A DNA stretch of 64,000 nt from Somniosus microcephalus (lineage: Eukaryota). Positions 12,746 through 25,450 of this stretch are shown here, one piece after another (position 1 is the stretch's first letter; the number at the start of each line of letters is the position of its first letter). The notes beneath the pieces were generated by a model. The model did not search any database and had not been told where the DNA came from. It worked only from the letters and a program-made list of their open reading frames with translations. The stretch covers positions 23,684,001 through 23,748,000 of the forward strand of contig CM126216.1 of assembly GCA_052327205.1 (NCBI GenBank), given 5' to 3'. The position numbers and the translations under genes are program-made.

Positions 12746-13575
12746 CACTTTCATAACCACATGTAGAGAGGAAACTTTAATATACTTTTCATTCCATTGG
12801 AGCGTGAGAGCATTACTCATGATCAGTGAACTACCAATGGAAGCCATCTTAAACACTTCCACATGTGGGGTTATGTCTATGCCAGGAGTCTGTTTTGTTT
12901 TGAACTGGAGAAGGAGGGAAGGGCATTTTAACTCGAGGATCCTATATTTCTAGGATTGTGGCTGAGATTCAACTCATGACACCATCAGAGATCAGTATTG
13001 TGTAATACAGTTCTGTATTTAACACTAGAAATCCTTTCACCTAACTATCCAAGTGGAAAAACAATAATGAGGCACTGTTTCTGTTCTTAAATTCCTTACC
13101 TCTGCCAGAGTCTCTTCAAACCTATCTCTTGGATGTTTCAAACTGACTGGTTCTTTCTCGCCAAAATTTTCAAATTGACTCTCAAATTTAAACCGAACAG
13201 CTATTTTTATTCATATTTATATATCCATAAAACAGTTACTGTGACTTAAATTCATTTGAATAACTGAACACTGAAATGTAAAAAGGAACTGTCAATCATA
13301 TACAAATTCAACCAATTGCACAGCATTGTTTGAATTCCTCTTTCAAGCTTGTAACTGATGAAACTTCCAACATTGCATCAGAGTAAGCTTGGTGCAGGAA
13401 TCTAAACTGCAGTCGTTTTTTTTAAAACTGCTTAGGAACCGTGACTAGATTTATTGGAATAGCCACCAAACTAATACTAGACAAAAATATTTCATTGTTA
13501 TCACACCCTTCTCACATCATAGCACCAGAAAGATGAGAAATTAAATCAAATACCCTTTTAATGAATCATACTTAC

Positions 13576-13808
13576 TGGGAATGCACGATGGTGATCGTCC
13601 ACTCCATTTGCCCGTTTTAAGACATGTTCTTTTCCTGCTCCCAAGACGCCTGTAGAAGGGGGAGATGCACTCATACTCTAGCTGTATATGAGGATGATAG
13701 AATCCTGCTGGCAGATTCCCAATATGGTGTACTGGGGTTTTAGTGGGAGAGATTTGAGACTGCTCCTTGTCCTGTATAGTGGATAACAGCCTGTGCAGTG
13801 GAGTCTTC
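13576..13808 (-). CDS. PAMR1: PAMR1 Sushi/CCP-2 exon
   Basis: Encodes (R)KTPLHRL...[37 protein letters not shown]. Acceptor at 13809-13810, GTAAG donor at 13575-13571. Confidence 0.92.
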
Positions 13809-14110
13809 CTGTTGGTGAAAACAAGCAACACAATACCTAGACAATGTGATGAGGTTATTGCTCTTCCAAAGACATCAAATCTCACCAATAACAAACACTC
13901 AAGGATTCTACCATTGGATCTTGTGTCAGCCTGTATTGGTGGGTGTGTCTGCGAGATTGCCTGTGCTTGTAAGTGTAAGTGTGTCAACACTTGTATGTCA
14001 GTCTGTACCTGCGAGTATGCCTGTATCTGTGAAAAGGAATCTCTAAGCTGTGAAAGCTAGTATTTGAGAACATTACATTGCTTTACAATAGCAGGCATTG
14101 GGCATCGCAC

Positions 14111-14177
14111 CTGGTCTGAAGCTGCGTTGACAGAACTTTCTGTCTCACCAGGTTAGGGATCTTGGGTTTCTTGCAAG
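14111..14177 (-). CDS. PAMR1: PAMR1 67-nt linker exon (absent from the ORF track)
   Basis: ctttctgtttcag|CT TGC AAG AAA CCC AAG ATC CCT AAC CTG GTG AGA CAG AAA GTT CTG TCA ACG CAG CTT CAG ACC AG|gtgcg = (A)CKKPKIPNLVRQKVLSTQLQT(R), similar to human ACREPKISDLVRRRVLPMQVQSR. Phases 1 and 2 fit the flanking exons. Confidence 0.88.
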
Positions 14178-14461
14178 CTGAAACAGAAAGAAATGCATGT
14201 AAGCAAAACAGCAGAGAGAGAAGGCATTAACCTCACCCTATCCCTCCCATTATTGACAGGAAGGTCTGCACTCAGAGCGCCACATTACAAACCTTCCTGT
14301 CATGAACCTAAGATAACATTTTAAGAGGGAAGATTCTGGAGAGAGAGGGAATGGGGAATACAGAGCATATATACGGTGAGATTGTAAGCAATGACAGCGG
14401 ACTGGGCTTTTGGGTCTAATAGCCTTTTCCTGCTGTTAAAAATATCCGATGTTCTTTTTTA

Positions 14462-15975
14462 AAATTAGTTCCTGGGATGTGGGCTTCGCTGGCAAGGCCA
14501 GCATTTATTGTCCATCCTTAATTGCCCTTGAGAAGGTGGTGGTGAGCTGCCTTCTTGAACCGCTGCAGTCCCTGTGGTGAAGGTACTCCCACAGTGCTGT
14601 TAGGGAGGGAGTTCCACGATTTTGACCCAGCAACAATGAAGGAATGATGATATATTTCCAAGTCAGGATGGTATGTAACTTGGAGGGGAACTTGGAGCTG
14701 ATGGGATTTTCATGCACCTGCTGCCCTTGTCCTTCTAGAATATAAGAACATAAGAAATAGGAGCAGGAGTAGGCCATTTGGCCCCTCGAGGCTGTTCCGC
14801 CATTTAATGAGATCATGGCTGATCTGATCTTGGGCTCAGCTCCATTTCCCTGCCCGCTCCCCATAACCCATCACTCCCTTATTGTTCAAAAATCTGCCTA
14901 TCTCCACCTTAAATATATTCAATGACCCAGCCTCCACAGCTCTCTGGGGCAGAGGAATCCACAGATTTACGACCCTCTGAGAGAAGAAATTCCTCCTCAT
15001 CAGTTTTAAACGGACGACCCCTTATTCTGAAACTATGCCCACTAGCTCTAGATTCCCCCATGAGAGGAAATATCTTCTCTGCATCTACCTTGTCGAGCCC
15101 CCTCAATATCTTATATGTTTCAATAAGATCATCTCTCATTCTTCTAAACTCCAATGAGTGTAGGCCCAACCTGCTCAACCTTTCTTCATAAGTCAACCCC
15201 TTCATCTCAGGAATCAACCTCGTGAACCTTCTCTGAACTGCCTCCAATGCAAGTATACCCCTCCTTAAATAAGGAGACCAAAACTGTACGCAGTACTCAA
15301 GGTGTGGTCTCACCAATACCCTGTACAGTTGTAGCAGGACTTCCCTGCTTTTATACTCCAACCCCCTTGCAATAAAGGCCAACATTCCATTTGCCTTCCT
15401 GATTATTTGCTGTACTTGCATGCTAACTTTTTGTGCTTTTTCTAGGTGGAAGAGGTCGTGGGTTTGGGAAGTGCTGTCAAAGAAGCCTTGGTGAGTTGCT
15501 GCAATGCATCTTGTAGATGGTACACACCGCAGCCACTGTGCACTGGCGGTGGAGGGAGTGAATGTTTAAGGTGGTGGATGGGGTGCCAATCAAGCAGGCT
15601 GCTTTGTCCTGGATGGTGTTGAGCTTCTTGAGTGTTGCTGGAGCTGCACTCTCAAAAGTAGAGAGTATTCCATCACAGTCCTTACTTGTGCCTTGTAGAT
15701 GGTGGAAAGGCTTTGGGGAGTCAGGAGGCGAGACACTCGCCGCAGAATACCCAGCCTCTGACCTGCTCTTGTAGCCACAGTTAAGTTTCTGGTCAATGGT
15801 GACCCCCAGGATGTTGATGGTGGGGGATTCGGCGATGGTAGTGCCGTTGAATGTCAAGGGGTGGTGGTTAGACTCTCTCTTGTTGGTGATAGTCATTGGC
15901 TGGCACTTGTGTGGCATGACTGTTACTTGCCACTTATCAGTCCAAGCCTGAATGTGGTCCAGGTCTTGCTGCATG
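14462..15975 (-). mobile_element. Non-LTR retrotransposon 3' fragment of a different lineage (RT tail), hosting a CR1
   Basis: QQDLDHIQAWTDKWQV...INILGVTIDQKL, IYKAQVRTVMEYS and LNTIQDKAACLI; frameshifted. Confidence 0.75.
14739..15440 (-). mobile_element. Nested CR1 3' fragment
   Basis: LYRVLVRPHLEYCVQFWSP motif, (ataagaac)n tail on +, ttctag at both junctions. Confidence 0.88.
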
Positions 15976-16699
15976 GTCTTGTTCACAAGATGGGTTTAGG
16001 TGAAGAAGCTTATTTGAACTCAGGGCAGCAGCCCTACTGTCCATTCTTTACAGCATTCAACTATTTCTTCAGAGTCAGTCAAATGTTCATCTGAGCCCAC
16101 CTGACCTTCTGTAATCAGAATTAAACTTCGATAAGATGAGGCTCTGATGAGCTTGTCCTTCCCCAAGTCTTTGTTCATTTACCTGGAGTCAGTACTCACA
16201 ACTGGAGAAATGCTGGTCAATTTTTAAAATCATTTTTTACTGTACACTTTTGAAGAGTGGGGTAATTAAGAGGTTTTTTTACTCTTGCGATACATTGAGA
16301 GTTATGTACAGTCCTATGTTATGTCTCTATTTGGAAACCTTTGTAAAACTTTTACTCCTTAACATTTAAAAATTCCATCCACAGAGTCAATTAGAGCCAT
16401 GAGCTACTTATACATTTTATATAAAAAATACATACAAAGCCTTTCGAGGCGATGTTGGACAGGTTGGACTAGCAGATTTAAACTAAGGTGGTTCAGTGAG
16501 TCAGTGATTATCCTGTGATGAATGTAAAGATTCTATCTAAAAATGAGTTTAGATATTCCCAGCCCAGCTCTTATTCAACACACATCATCCACAGCTCAGC
16601 ACAGAAACTAGCATCTCACTAACGGTTGGTGTCAGAAATGTAAATGTTGCACCTGCAGTAATGGTGCCCCTTTGAGGTTGGGCTTGAAGGACATTGTTA

Positions 16700-17212
16700 A
16701 GGTAGAGTACAAGCAACTTTACTCTGTATCTAACCCGCGCTGTACCTGACCTGAGAGTGTTTGATGGGAATGTGTCGAGGGAGCTTTACTCTGCGTCTAA
16801 TCCATACTGTACCTGACCTCGGCGTGTTTTAATGGGACAGTGCAGAGGGAGCTTTACTTTGTATCTAACTCGTGCTGTAACTGACGTGGGAGTGTTTGAT
16901 GGGACAGTGTAGAGAGAACTTTATTCTGTATCAAACCCATGCTGTACTTACCCCTGAGAGCATTTGATGGGAAGGTGTAAGGGAACTTTACTCCATATCT
17001 AATTTGTATAGGTATCTGCCCTGGGAGTGTTTGATTGGACAGTGTAGAGGGAGCTTTACTCTGCATCTAACCTCTGCTATGCCTGAAATGGGAGTGCATC
17101 ATGGTACAATGTAGAGGGGGCTATACTCTGTTGTACCTACTCTGGGAGTTCTCTATGGGGCAATGTAGAGGGAGCTTTACTATGTATTTAAGTCATGCTG
17201 TAACTGACGGTA
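16700..17212. repeat. Degenerate array of the 67-bp repeat in reverse orientation (about 7-8 copies)
   Basis: gagggagctttactctgtatctaa...ctgggagtgtttgatgggacagtgta is the reverse complement of the 3020-3685 unit. Confidence 0.88.
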
Positions 17213-17971
17213 GTGCTTGAAGTTGATGCTTGTGATTTTTTTTTTAATGCACTAAAATTGTTTCAGTCTCCAGCACTACCATTTTTCTTATTTATGAACA
17301 CAAAAAAAATCAGCACAATTTACTGTGAGCCACCAAAACAGATGGTAACCCCTGTTCCCCACCAGGGGGAGTTGGTGGGGTGGGGTGGGGTAATAATACA
17401 ATCTATGACCCCAACCACATGCATATACGGGCTCTGCACAGTCCATGGTCACAAGAACATAGGAATTTTTAGGAACAAGAAACAAGTCTATCAATTTTTG
17501 ATTAATCTCAAATATATTTTCATACCTCCTCTCTGCCACATCCTCTCTTTCTCCAAAACACATTGGTTTAAAATTTTGGGTGATCTCCCGTGGCAACCTC
17601 AGCAGAAATCCAGGAGAAGTGGAGTAAAGGGCCTATTTCCCCAGGATTCTCGCCAATCTACCACCGAAGTTACCACGGGACATCGGGACAAGCCTTGTAG
17701 GTGTTTTGCCCTCACTGGTGACCTACAGAATCAGTTTGTACCATTTGGTTCAAAGGTTGTCCCTGGCAACTTGCTCCACAACTCAGCCACCCTACATACA
17801 AAAATAACCCACCTGTTTTTCATTCTTACTCCGAACTTCCTAATTTTCCTATGTAGCCCACGACATCCAAGCCCTTCATACCGCCTATTCTTTATAAAGC
17901 CTGGATTGCATCCTGTGACATGTGATATTACACCAGCCACACCACATACAAAAAGGGTTTCGCTGCATTAC

Positions 17972-18184
17972 CTTTTGTGCAGGTTGGCTGCTTCTCCGTC
18001 CACGTTCCATCCTGTTGACAAGTTCTCTGCGCACTGCCGCTCAGAACAAACGAATAATTGCAGGTGAACTGCACGATGGTGCCCACGGTCACATTGCCCT
18101 GGTGTATGTGCCCACTTCCTGGAAGAATTCGTCGATGCCCGTTCAGTGGTACACCAGAGTCAATACAGCTCTTACTCTCTGGAA
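17972..18184 (-). CDS. PAMR1: PAMR1 Sushi/CCP-1 exon, copy A (213 nt, phase 1-1)
   Basis: Encodes PESKSCIDSGVPLNGH...VQFTCNYSFVLSGSAQRTCQQDGTWTEKQPTCTK with 4 Cys and Trp. ctttag acceptor, G|gtaatg donor. Confidence 0.85.
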
Positions 18185-18714
18185 CTAAAGATCGAAGCAA
18201 TGCTTTATACAGCAGTTACAATAGTCGGTTGTCTTCTGCTCTTGGTTTATTAAGTGTTAATAATCCTATTTTTTTGACTGATAAATGCTGAAATATTTTC
18301 CTGTCAAACCTCTGCGGTTTAGCCATACAGAAGCCACTCCTGACACACCTGAGCAATGCATGTATTAATAATGCATAATAAATATTGCAGTCAATTGACA
18401 TATCATGCAGTCTACGGCTATTGCATACAGATCATTAGTGTAAGTGTTAGGATGTAGGGCAGCGGGAATCCCAGCAGCACACTCAATGAGGACATTTTTA
18501 CTTTTGCTGGAGGGGCAACAGCTCTGGGCCAGCTACACTGTAAGTGATGGCACTGAGGAATTTAGTATATAGCTGCAATTGGAGTTAGTAACCCGGAGAA
18601 AGCCCTTAATTTGTGTTAATTGGCAGCTTGAAGAATAGTGCCAATTTTGACACGATGGAATACTAATGGGAAAGCGGGCACTGTTTTCCCAGTTTTCCAT
18701 TCCTTTTAACACCA

Positions 18715-19363
18715 TCTGCATTGGTGGAGCAACAGGAATCCATATTGAAGGCTGGAACGTGTGTCCCGATGTCACTCAGCGACACCATCAAGTGATCTCT
18801 GGTCTTTAAAGAACGTCCATCACCCGTGAGCTGTCCCAGGCTGAAACATCTCACTGAATGTCAAATGTCTATTCAACAGCCCAAAGCAGGGGTAGGCTCC
18901 CTTTGTGTCATTTGACATTCATACCATTGGTAGACCCAACCGCTGAGTGACTGAGCTCGACAACCACAAGTACACCGTGTTATTTGAAATCATATTTCAA
19001 TAAATAAATAAATGCCTTCAGCTGCCTAGGTCCTAAGCTCTGGAATTCCCTCCCTAAACCTCTCTGCCTCTCTACTCTTTCCTCCTTTCAGATGCTCCTT
19101 AAAACTTACCACTTTTGGTCATCTGCCCTAACATCTTATATGGCTGGGTGTCAAATTTTGTTTTTGATAACACTCCTGTGAAGCGCCTTGGGATGTTTTA
19201 CTACATTAAAGACCCAATATAGATTTAAGTTGTTGGTATTTGAAATCATGGGCTATCAGATGTACACAATGAAAATGCTGAGGGGTTTCTATGTGTATCA
19301 GATACCTGAGGTTATTTCACTTTAAAGTTTAAGTTTGGCTACAAAAGGGTTTCACTGCATTAC
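18715..19363. repeat. Intronic segment duplicated at 32085-32702 (downstream intron of Sushi copies B and C)
   Basis: Co-linear blocks: attgaaggctgga, gacaccatcaagtgatc, caacagcccaaagcagggg, an L2 tail, and gaaatcatgggctatcagatgtacacaatgaaaatgctgagggg. Confidence 0.9.
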
Positions 19364-19576
19364 CTTTTGTGCAGGTTGGCTGCTTCTCCGTCCACGTTCC
19401 ATCCTGTTGACAAGTTCTCTGCGCACTGCCGCTCAGAACAAACGAATAATTGCAGGTGAACTGCACGATGGTGTCCAAGGTTGCATAGCCTTGGTGTATG
19501 TGCCCACTTCCTGGAAGAATTTGTCGATGCCCGTTCAGTGGTACACCAGGGTCAATACAGCTCTTACTCTCTGGAA
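19364..19576 (-). CDS. PAMR1: PAMR1 Sushi/CCP-1 exon, copy B (213 nt, phase 1-1; absent from the ORF track)
   Basis: Manual translation is open: PESKSCIDPGVPLNGHRQILPGSGHIHQGYATLDTIVQFTCNYSFVLSGSAQRTCQQDGTWTEKQPTCTK. gatttttag acceptor and gtaatg donor intact. Usage unknown. Confidence 0.7.
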
Positions 19577-19606
19577 CTAAAAATCAAAGCTTTGTATAAA
19601 AGTAAT

Positions 19607-20655
19607 AATAGAAACAGAGAAGATAGGAGCAGGAGTAGGCCATTCGGCCCCTCGAGCCTGTTCCGCCATTTAATGAGATCATGGCTGATCATCTAAACTC
19701 AGTACCCTGTCCCTGCCTTCTCCCCATATCCCTTGATCCCTTTAGCCTTAAGAAATATATCTAACTCCTTCTTGAATATATTTAATAAGTTGGCCTCAAC
19801 TGCCTTGTGTGGTAGAGAATTCCACAGGTTCACCACTCTCTGGGTGAAGAAATTACTCCTCACCTCAGTCCTAAATGGCTTACCCCTTATCATTAGACTG
19901 TGACCCCTGGTTCTGGACTCACCCGCCATCGGGAACATCCTTCCTACATCTAGTCTGTCTAGTCCAGTTAGAATTTTATAAGTTTCAATGAGATCCCCTC
20001 TCATTCTTCTAAACTCTAGCGAATATAAGCCTAATCAACTCAATCTCTCTTCATACGTCATCCTGCTATCCCAGGTATCACTCTGGTGAATCTTTGCTGC
20101 ACTCCCTCCATGGCAAGAACATCCTTCCTCAGATAAGGCGACCGAAACTGCACACAATAGTCAAGGTGTGGTCTCACCAAGGCCCTGTACAACTGCAGCA
20201 AGACATCCTTGCTCCTGTACTCGAATCCTCTCGCTATGAAGGCCAACATACCATTTGCCTTCTTAACCGCCTGCTGCACCTGCATGCTTACCTTCAGCGA
20301 CTGGTGCAAAAGGACACCCAGGTCTTGTTGCGCTTCCCCTTTTCCCAATCTATTGCCGTTCAGATAATAATCTGCCTTTCTGTTTTTGCCACCAAAGTGG
20401 ATAACCTCGCATTTATCCACATTACACTGCATCTGCCATGCATCTGCCTAATCATCCAACCTGTCCAAATCATACTGGAGTTTCTCTGCATCCTCCTCGC
20501 AACACACACGCCCACCCAGCTTTGTGTCGTCTGCAAACTTGGAGATATTACATCTAGTTCCCTCGTCTAGATCATTAATATATATTGTGAATAGCTGGGG
20601 TCCTAGCACCAATCCCTGCCGTACCCCACTTGTCACTGCCTGCCACGCGGAAAAA
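19607..20655 (-). mobile_element. CR1 3' fragment ending about 30 nt upstream of the copy-B acceptor
   Basis: FADDTKLGG and LYRALVRPHL motifs, CR1 3' UTR. Confidence 0.9.
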
Positions 20656-20714
20656 TAGTTGGGATGTCTTCAGCTTGTGTTTTTTTCATTGTTAATACTC
20701 ATACTTCTGACTAA

Positions 20715-20936
20715 TAAGAGGACCTGGAACTTGCTGCCGATGGAAGTGGTGGAAGCGGACACACTCAACGTTTTCAAGGGGAGACTGGATAGGCACTTGA
20801 GGGAAATAAACTTGCAGGGCTACGGAGATAGAGGGGGAAATGGGACTGACTGGATTGCTCTGCAGAGAGCCGGCATGGACTCGATGGGTCGAATGGCCTC
20901 CTTTTGTGCCGTTATGACTCGATGACTCTATGACTA
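20715..20936 (+). mobile_element. CR1 3' end fragment
   Basis: WNLLPMEVVEADTLNVFKGRLD motif and tgactc/tatgact tail. Confidence 0.75.
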
Positions 20937-21011
20937 ATAAATGCTGAAGTTCTTCCCTGTGAAATCTCCCATGATTCCCTGCTGGTAGATCAATATAACC
21001 ACATTGAAAGA

Positions 21012-21615
21012 GAGAACTTATATTTACATAGCGCCTTTCATGTCCTCAAGACATCTCAAATTGCTTTAAGCCAATGAATTACTTTTGAAGTGCAGTCACT
21101 GTTGTCTTGTAGACAAATGTAGCAGTCAATTTGCACTCAGTAAGGTTTCACATAAAACAATGGGGGTGATTTTGACTTTGTGCAAGTGTAAAATGGGTGA
21201 TAGCGAGTCTGCAGCCTATTTTACAGCAGAAGTCAATGGAAATAAAAACTGTGAGGAATGTAAACTGGACTGCCGATTCGCTATCACCCATTTTACACTA
21301 TCGCACAAATTCAAAATTACCCCACTGAGATAAATAACCAGATAATCTGTTTTTGTTGGCGTTGGTTGTGAGATAAACCTTGGCAGATCACCGGGAGAAC
21401 TCCTTTGCTCTTCCTCAAATAATGCCATGGGATTTTTCATATTCATCTGAGAGGGTTGACAGGATCCGATTTTAATATCTCATCTGAAGCATGGCAACTC
21501 TGATAATGCCGCACGCTTAAGTGTCAGCCTAGATTACGCACTCAAATTCTAGAGTGGGGCTTGAACCCATGATCTTCTGACTGAGGTAAGAACAGTACCA
21601 CTGCGCCAAGGCTGA
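21012..21615 (-). mobile_element. SacSINE1/DeuSINE-like SINE, split by a MITE
   Basis: Reverse tRNA head (cttgaaccc near 21560), Deu-like core (cagataatctg, ctcttc...aatgccatgggat) and tail ttgaagtgcagtcactgttg. Confidence 0.72.
21162..21323. mobile_element. About 160-bp hairpin MITE
   Basis: TIR ggggtgattttga / tcaaaattacccc plus a perfect 21-bp internal inverted repeat gtgtaaaatgggtgatagcga / tcgctatcacccattttacac. Confidence 0.8.
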
Positions 21616-23217
21616 TGGATTAGCATTGTAAGAAAGGGAGAAATCTTAATTTCTGAGTCTCCCTACTAACTAACTGGATTAAATGAAATAAGTATTATTA
21701 GTTATAGTTTTAAGTTTGTATTGTTATTATTATGTAACTGATACTCAATGCACAATGATGCTTGAATAATCATGCTTTTAAAACTAGTACAGTATGCCCT
21801 GGGTAGATTAGATATTAAAACGTCCTCTTGACGAACATTCTTGACCAACATTTTAAAAGTGCTTCTCAGCAAACTTATTAATAAAAACAGACAGTGGGAA
21901 CAGGACTAGCAAGGTCATATATGGCTGCCACTGTGTGGAATATTACAATATCTGCAGGGAATTAAAAACACAGGCAAATAGCAAGGACACATATCTCTAC
22001 ACATGGAGACGTGTTCTATTTGTGTTGCCATAACTACCCAAGATAGGAGTCTTGATGGTCAAAAACAGATGGGCCATGATTTTATTGGAGGAGGCGGGTT
22101 AGACTCAGGTTGCCTGATGGGTGGGTTCCAGTCCCGCTGCCAGTTTCAGCCGCTCCCAATTTGCGATTTTAAATTAAGTGGGCTCATTAAGCCCGCCATG
22201 CGCGCTGCCCGGTCCAATGAGTGGGAGCGGGTCTGCTGCTCGCCTCTGATGACGTAATTCCTTCAGTTACTTTTAAGGGGGCCATGTAGCCTCAGTTTAT
22301 CATTTCGTTTGTGCTGCTGTGGGAATCGGCCCAGGTGACCATGACTGCTGCCAAAGCAAAGGCTGCTCCGCGCTTCGATGAGGACTCCCTCCAAGCTCTT
22401 GTGGAGGGAGTAATAAGGCGCAGGGAGATTCCGTTCCTTCCCGATGGCCGGAGGAAGCCTCCTCAGCAGACAAAGGCAGCCTGGCTGCAAATTGCTGAGA
22501 AGGTAAGTGCTAGGTCCTTCTGCTCATGCACCTGGGTGCAGTGCCGAAAATGGTTCAATGATCTTCTGCGCTCATCAAAAGTATCATATCACAATTACCT
22601 TCAATCTGCTTCCCTTCTCATCACCAGCACTCTGTTTTGTCAGCCTGCTCCTCCACATCCCACCTTACCCTTACTTCCCTTGCACCTTTACCTATCCATC
22701 TCTCTCTATGTACAGAATCACTTCACCATCCTACTATGCACCCCTCACACTCGCTCTCACTGTTATGCAATGACAACACTGTTATGCAATGACAACAACT
22801 AACAACTCACAGGGAGGCAGCTTCCTCTTGGCACCTCACTCCATCTTGGTCTCCCTCTAAGCTTCTATGTTATGGATTCTTCACAGTCACTCCATCAATC
22901 TTGCTGAAACTCCACCTGTGTCCCTCCTTGCAGGAAAAGATAGCCCACAATAAGAGGGAGAGAGCAACAACAGGAAGAGGACCACCATCCCTCGTTACAT
23001 TGACTAGCGCTGAGGAGGCTGCTCATGACATTGTGGGAGGTGGCGAGGAGCTGGAAGTGGGGGACGGAGAGACGGACGCAGTAGTGGAAGCTGGTGACAG
23101 AATAGATTTTCACCCTCTCATTTAGATTTCACGATTGACTGAAATGGCATATGATGTTCATAAAGATTAACTTTTGATCATCTGCACAATAGGATGAGTG
23201 TGCTACCTAAATATCAG

Positions 23218-23926
23218 GGCCTAGAAATTCGGTGGGCTGCGCCACCAGTTAGCGCCTAAAGAGGGCACTCAGTGGCTTTAGCGCCACTGGCCACGCCTCC
23301 CGCGATATTTAGCGGGGCGCTAATGGCGGTGTTAACCTGTTGTGCTGCGCCGCCACCGATGACGTCATCGGTGTGCGCAGTGCCCCGCTACCGCCCCAAT
23401 CTCGATATTCGGCAGCGCCCGTCTCTGTAGCGTCGTTCGCAAATGGCGCCCGGTTCACGGGGCCTACCTGTGGCGGCAGTGGCGCAAATTAAGGTGGAGG
23501 TGCGGGGCGGCCGTTTTTTTCGGTGGCCGCCTGCCAGCACCTCCGTCCCCGGCCCCCTGATCGCCCCCCGCGGCATTGCCGGCTGTTTTCCGAGAGCCCG
23601 GCACTTCTCCTCGGTGCTGGGCACTTTTGCCGGCACTTGCGATCTCTGATCGCGCTGGTGCAGGCCCCTCCCCCTTAAGAATGGGAGGAAGGCCTGCAGT
23701 ACCGCAGCGCGCCGTGCCGCAGCGTGTGGCGCTGCGGCACGTTACGCTGCAATATTCAGTTTCAGCGCCCTAAGAGGGACGCGGAGCACCTCGAGCCTCG
23801 CCCCATGTCCCTCTTGGGGCGCTCAAGCTGAATTTCCGGCGGTCGCAGCTGCTCCCAACACTGCGCTAAATCCGGCGCCCAGGCGAGTTTGGCGCCCCGT
23901 TTGCGGCTCCACCCAATTTCTCCCCC
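23218..23926. mobile_element. Harbinger MITE (GGCCTAGAAATT family) in Myb intron 2 of H1
   Basis: TIRs ggcctagaaatt / aatttctccccc, TSD CAG/CAG; co-linear with 44907-45596. Confidence 0.88.
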
Positions 23927-24939
23927 CAGATGTTTAACTCATGCCTTTACTCTCCCACAGGACCATCGAGAGCTACCCCTTCCCACTGTCCAGGAGGAAG
24001 AGCCGAACGACTCCTCAGAGGAAAGTGCAGCCTCTGAGCGAGCAGCGTCACCAGGACTCAGCGCACCCAGCACCAGCACAGAAACGCACACCTCGGTGGG
24101 TCCTGCGCGCCATGGAGTAGTGTTGTCACCTGGTGCATCACAGCTCACAAGTGAGCATCAGCAGATGGTGGAGACAACGACAGCAGTGGAGAGTCCTTGT
24201 TGGAGGTCGCAGGACTCTACTAGCTCTGCTCAGCTGCATGTAGACGCTGTGCATCTGGGGTCAACCAGGAAGAGAGCGGTGCTGGAACTTCAGTAACAAG
24301 TGCAGGAGTCTCTGACAGGTTTTGCATCCATGGTAACTGCAAGTGTGCAGAGAATGGAGGAGTCCATCTCAAACATCAGCACTGCCTTGGTGGAGTCAAT
24401 AGCACATGGAGAGTGTGGCAACCTCCATGGAGGAAATAACTCGCCAGACACAACAGAGCATGGTGACTCTTCTAAATAGATGGTCTGCTATGGAGGAGAG
24501 ATGGGCATTGATTGAGGAGAAACACCAGAGGTACATGGACGTCCCCATTATGAGGACTGTCAGTACAGAGACGGGTCCTCATGGCTCCATTGATGTTCAG
24601 CAAGGTGCTTTCCAGCCATTTGCTAGCACTGAAGTGCGGGTGACCCATGAGAGGGATGTTGGTGGCCGACAACAAGGAAGTGTGGGCTCCTCTCCAAGCG
24701 CTCACACCACCATGCCACTGCGGCGCTCTCGATCAGAGCCCCAGATTCCGCACCCAACTGAGATGGCCGTTTCAGTCCCTGCACAGCCGCAGGAAGAGCA
24801 GACTGTTGCGGAGCCCTCCCAGGCTCTCAAACCCAAAGGACGCAAATCAAAGACGTCTAAGCAGGTGCAGCAGAGAAGTGAGCAAGCTGCCTCTACATCT
24901 GCTGAAGCCACCGGAGAAGCACTACGTAGAAGCACGCGT

Positions 24940-25450
24940 TCTTGCCATGGAAGGAGTGCAGCGAAGATTCACCAGACTGATACCTGGGATGGCAGGAATG
25001 ACGTATGAAGAGAGATTGGGTCGATTCTTATATTCGTTAGAGTTTAGAAGAATGAGAGGGGATCTCATTGAAACTTATAAAATTCTAACTGGACTTGACA
25101 GACTAGATGCAGGAAGGATGTTCTCGATGGCGGGAGAGTCCAGAACCAGGGGTCAGAATCTAAGGATAAGGGGTAAGCCAATTAGGACTGAGATGAGGAG
25201 GAATTTCTTCACCCAGAGACTGGTGAACCTGTGGAATTCTCTACCACAGAAGGCAGTTGAGGCCAATTTATTAAATATATTCAAGAAGGAATTAAATATA
25301 TTTCTTAAGGCTAATGGGATCAAGGGATATGGGGAGAAAGCAGGGACAGGGTACTGAATTTGGATGATCAACCATGATCTCATTAAATGGCGGAGCAGCC
25401 TCGAGGGGCCAAATGGCCTACTCCTGCTCCTATCTTCTATGTTTCTATGT
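24940..25450 (+). mobile_element. CR1 3' fragment
   Basis: LAMEGVQRRFTRLIPG...EKAGTGY and tctatgtt tail. Confidence 0.9.

Noticed and set aside
17213-18067. 284-aa plus-strand ORF
   Set aside because: No recognisable domain; it overlaps the antisense of Sushi copy A and decayed LINE-like sequence.
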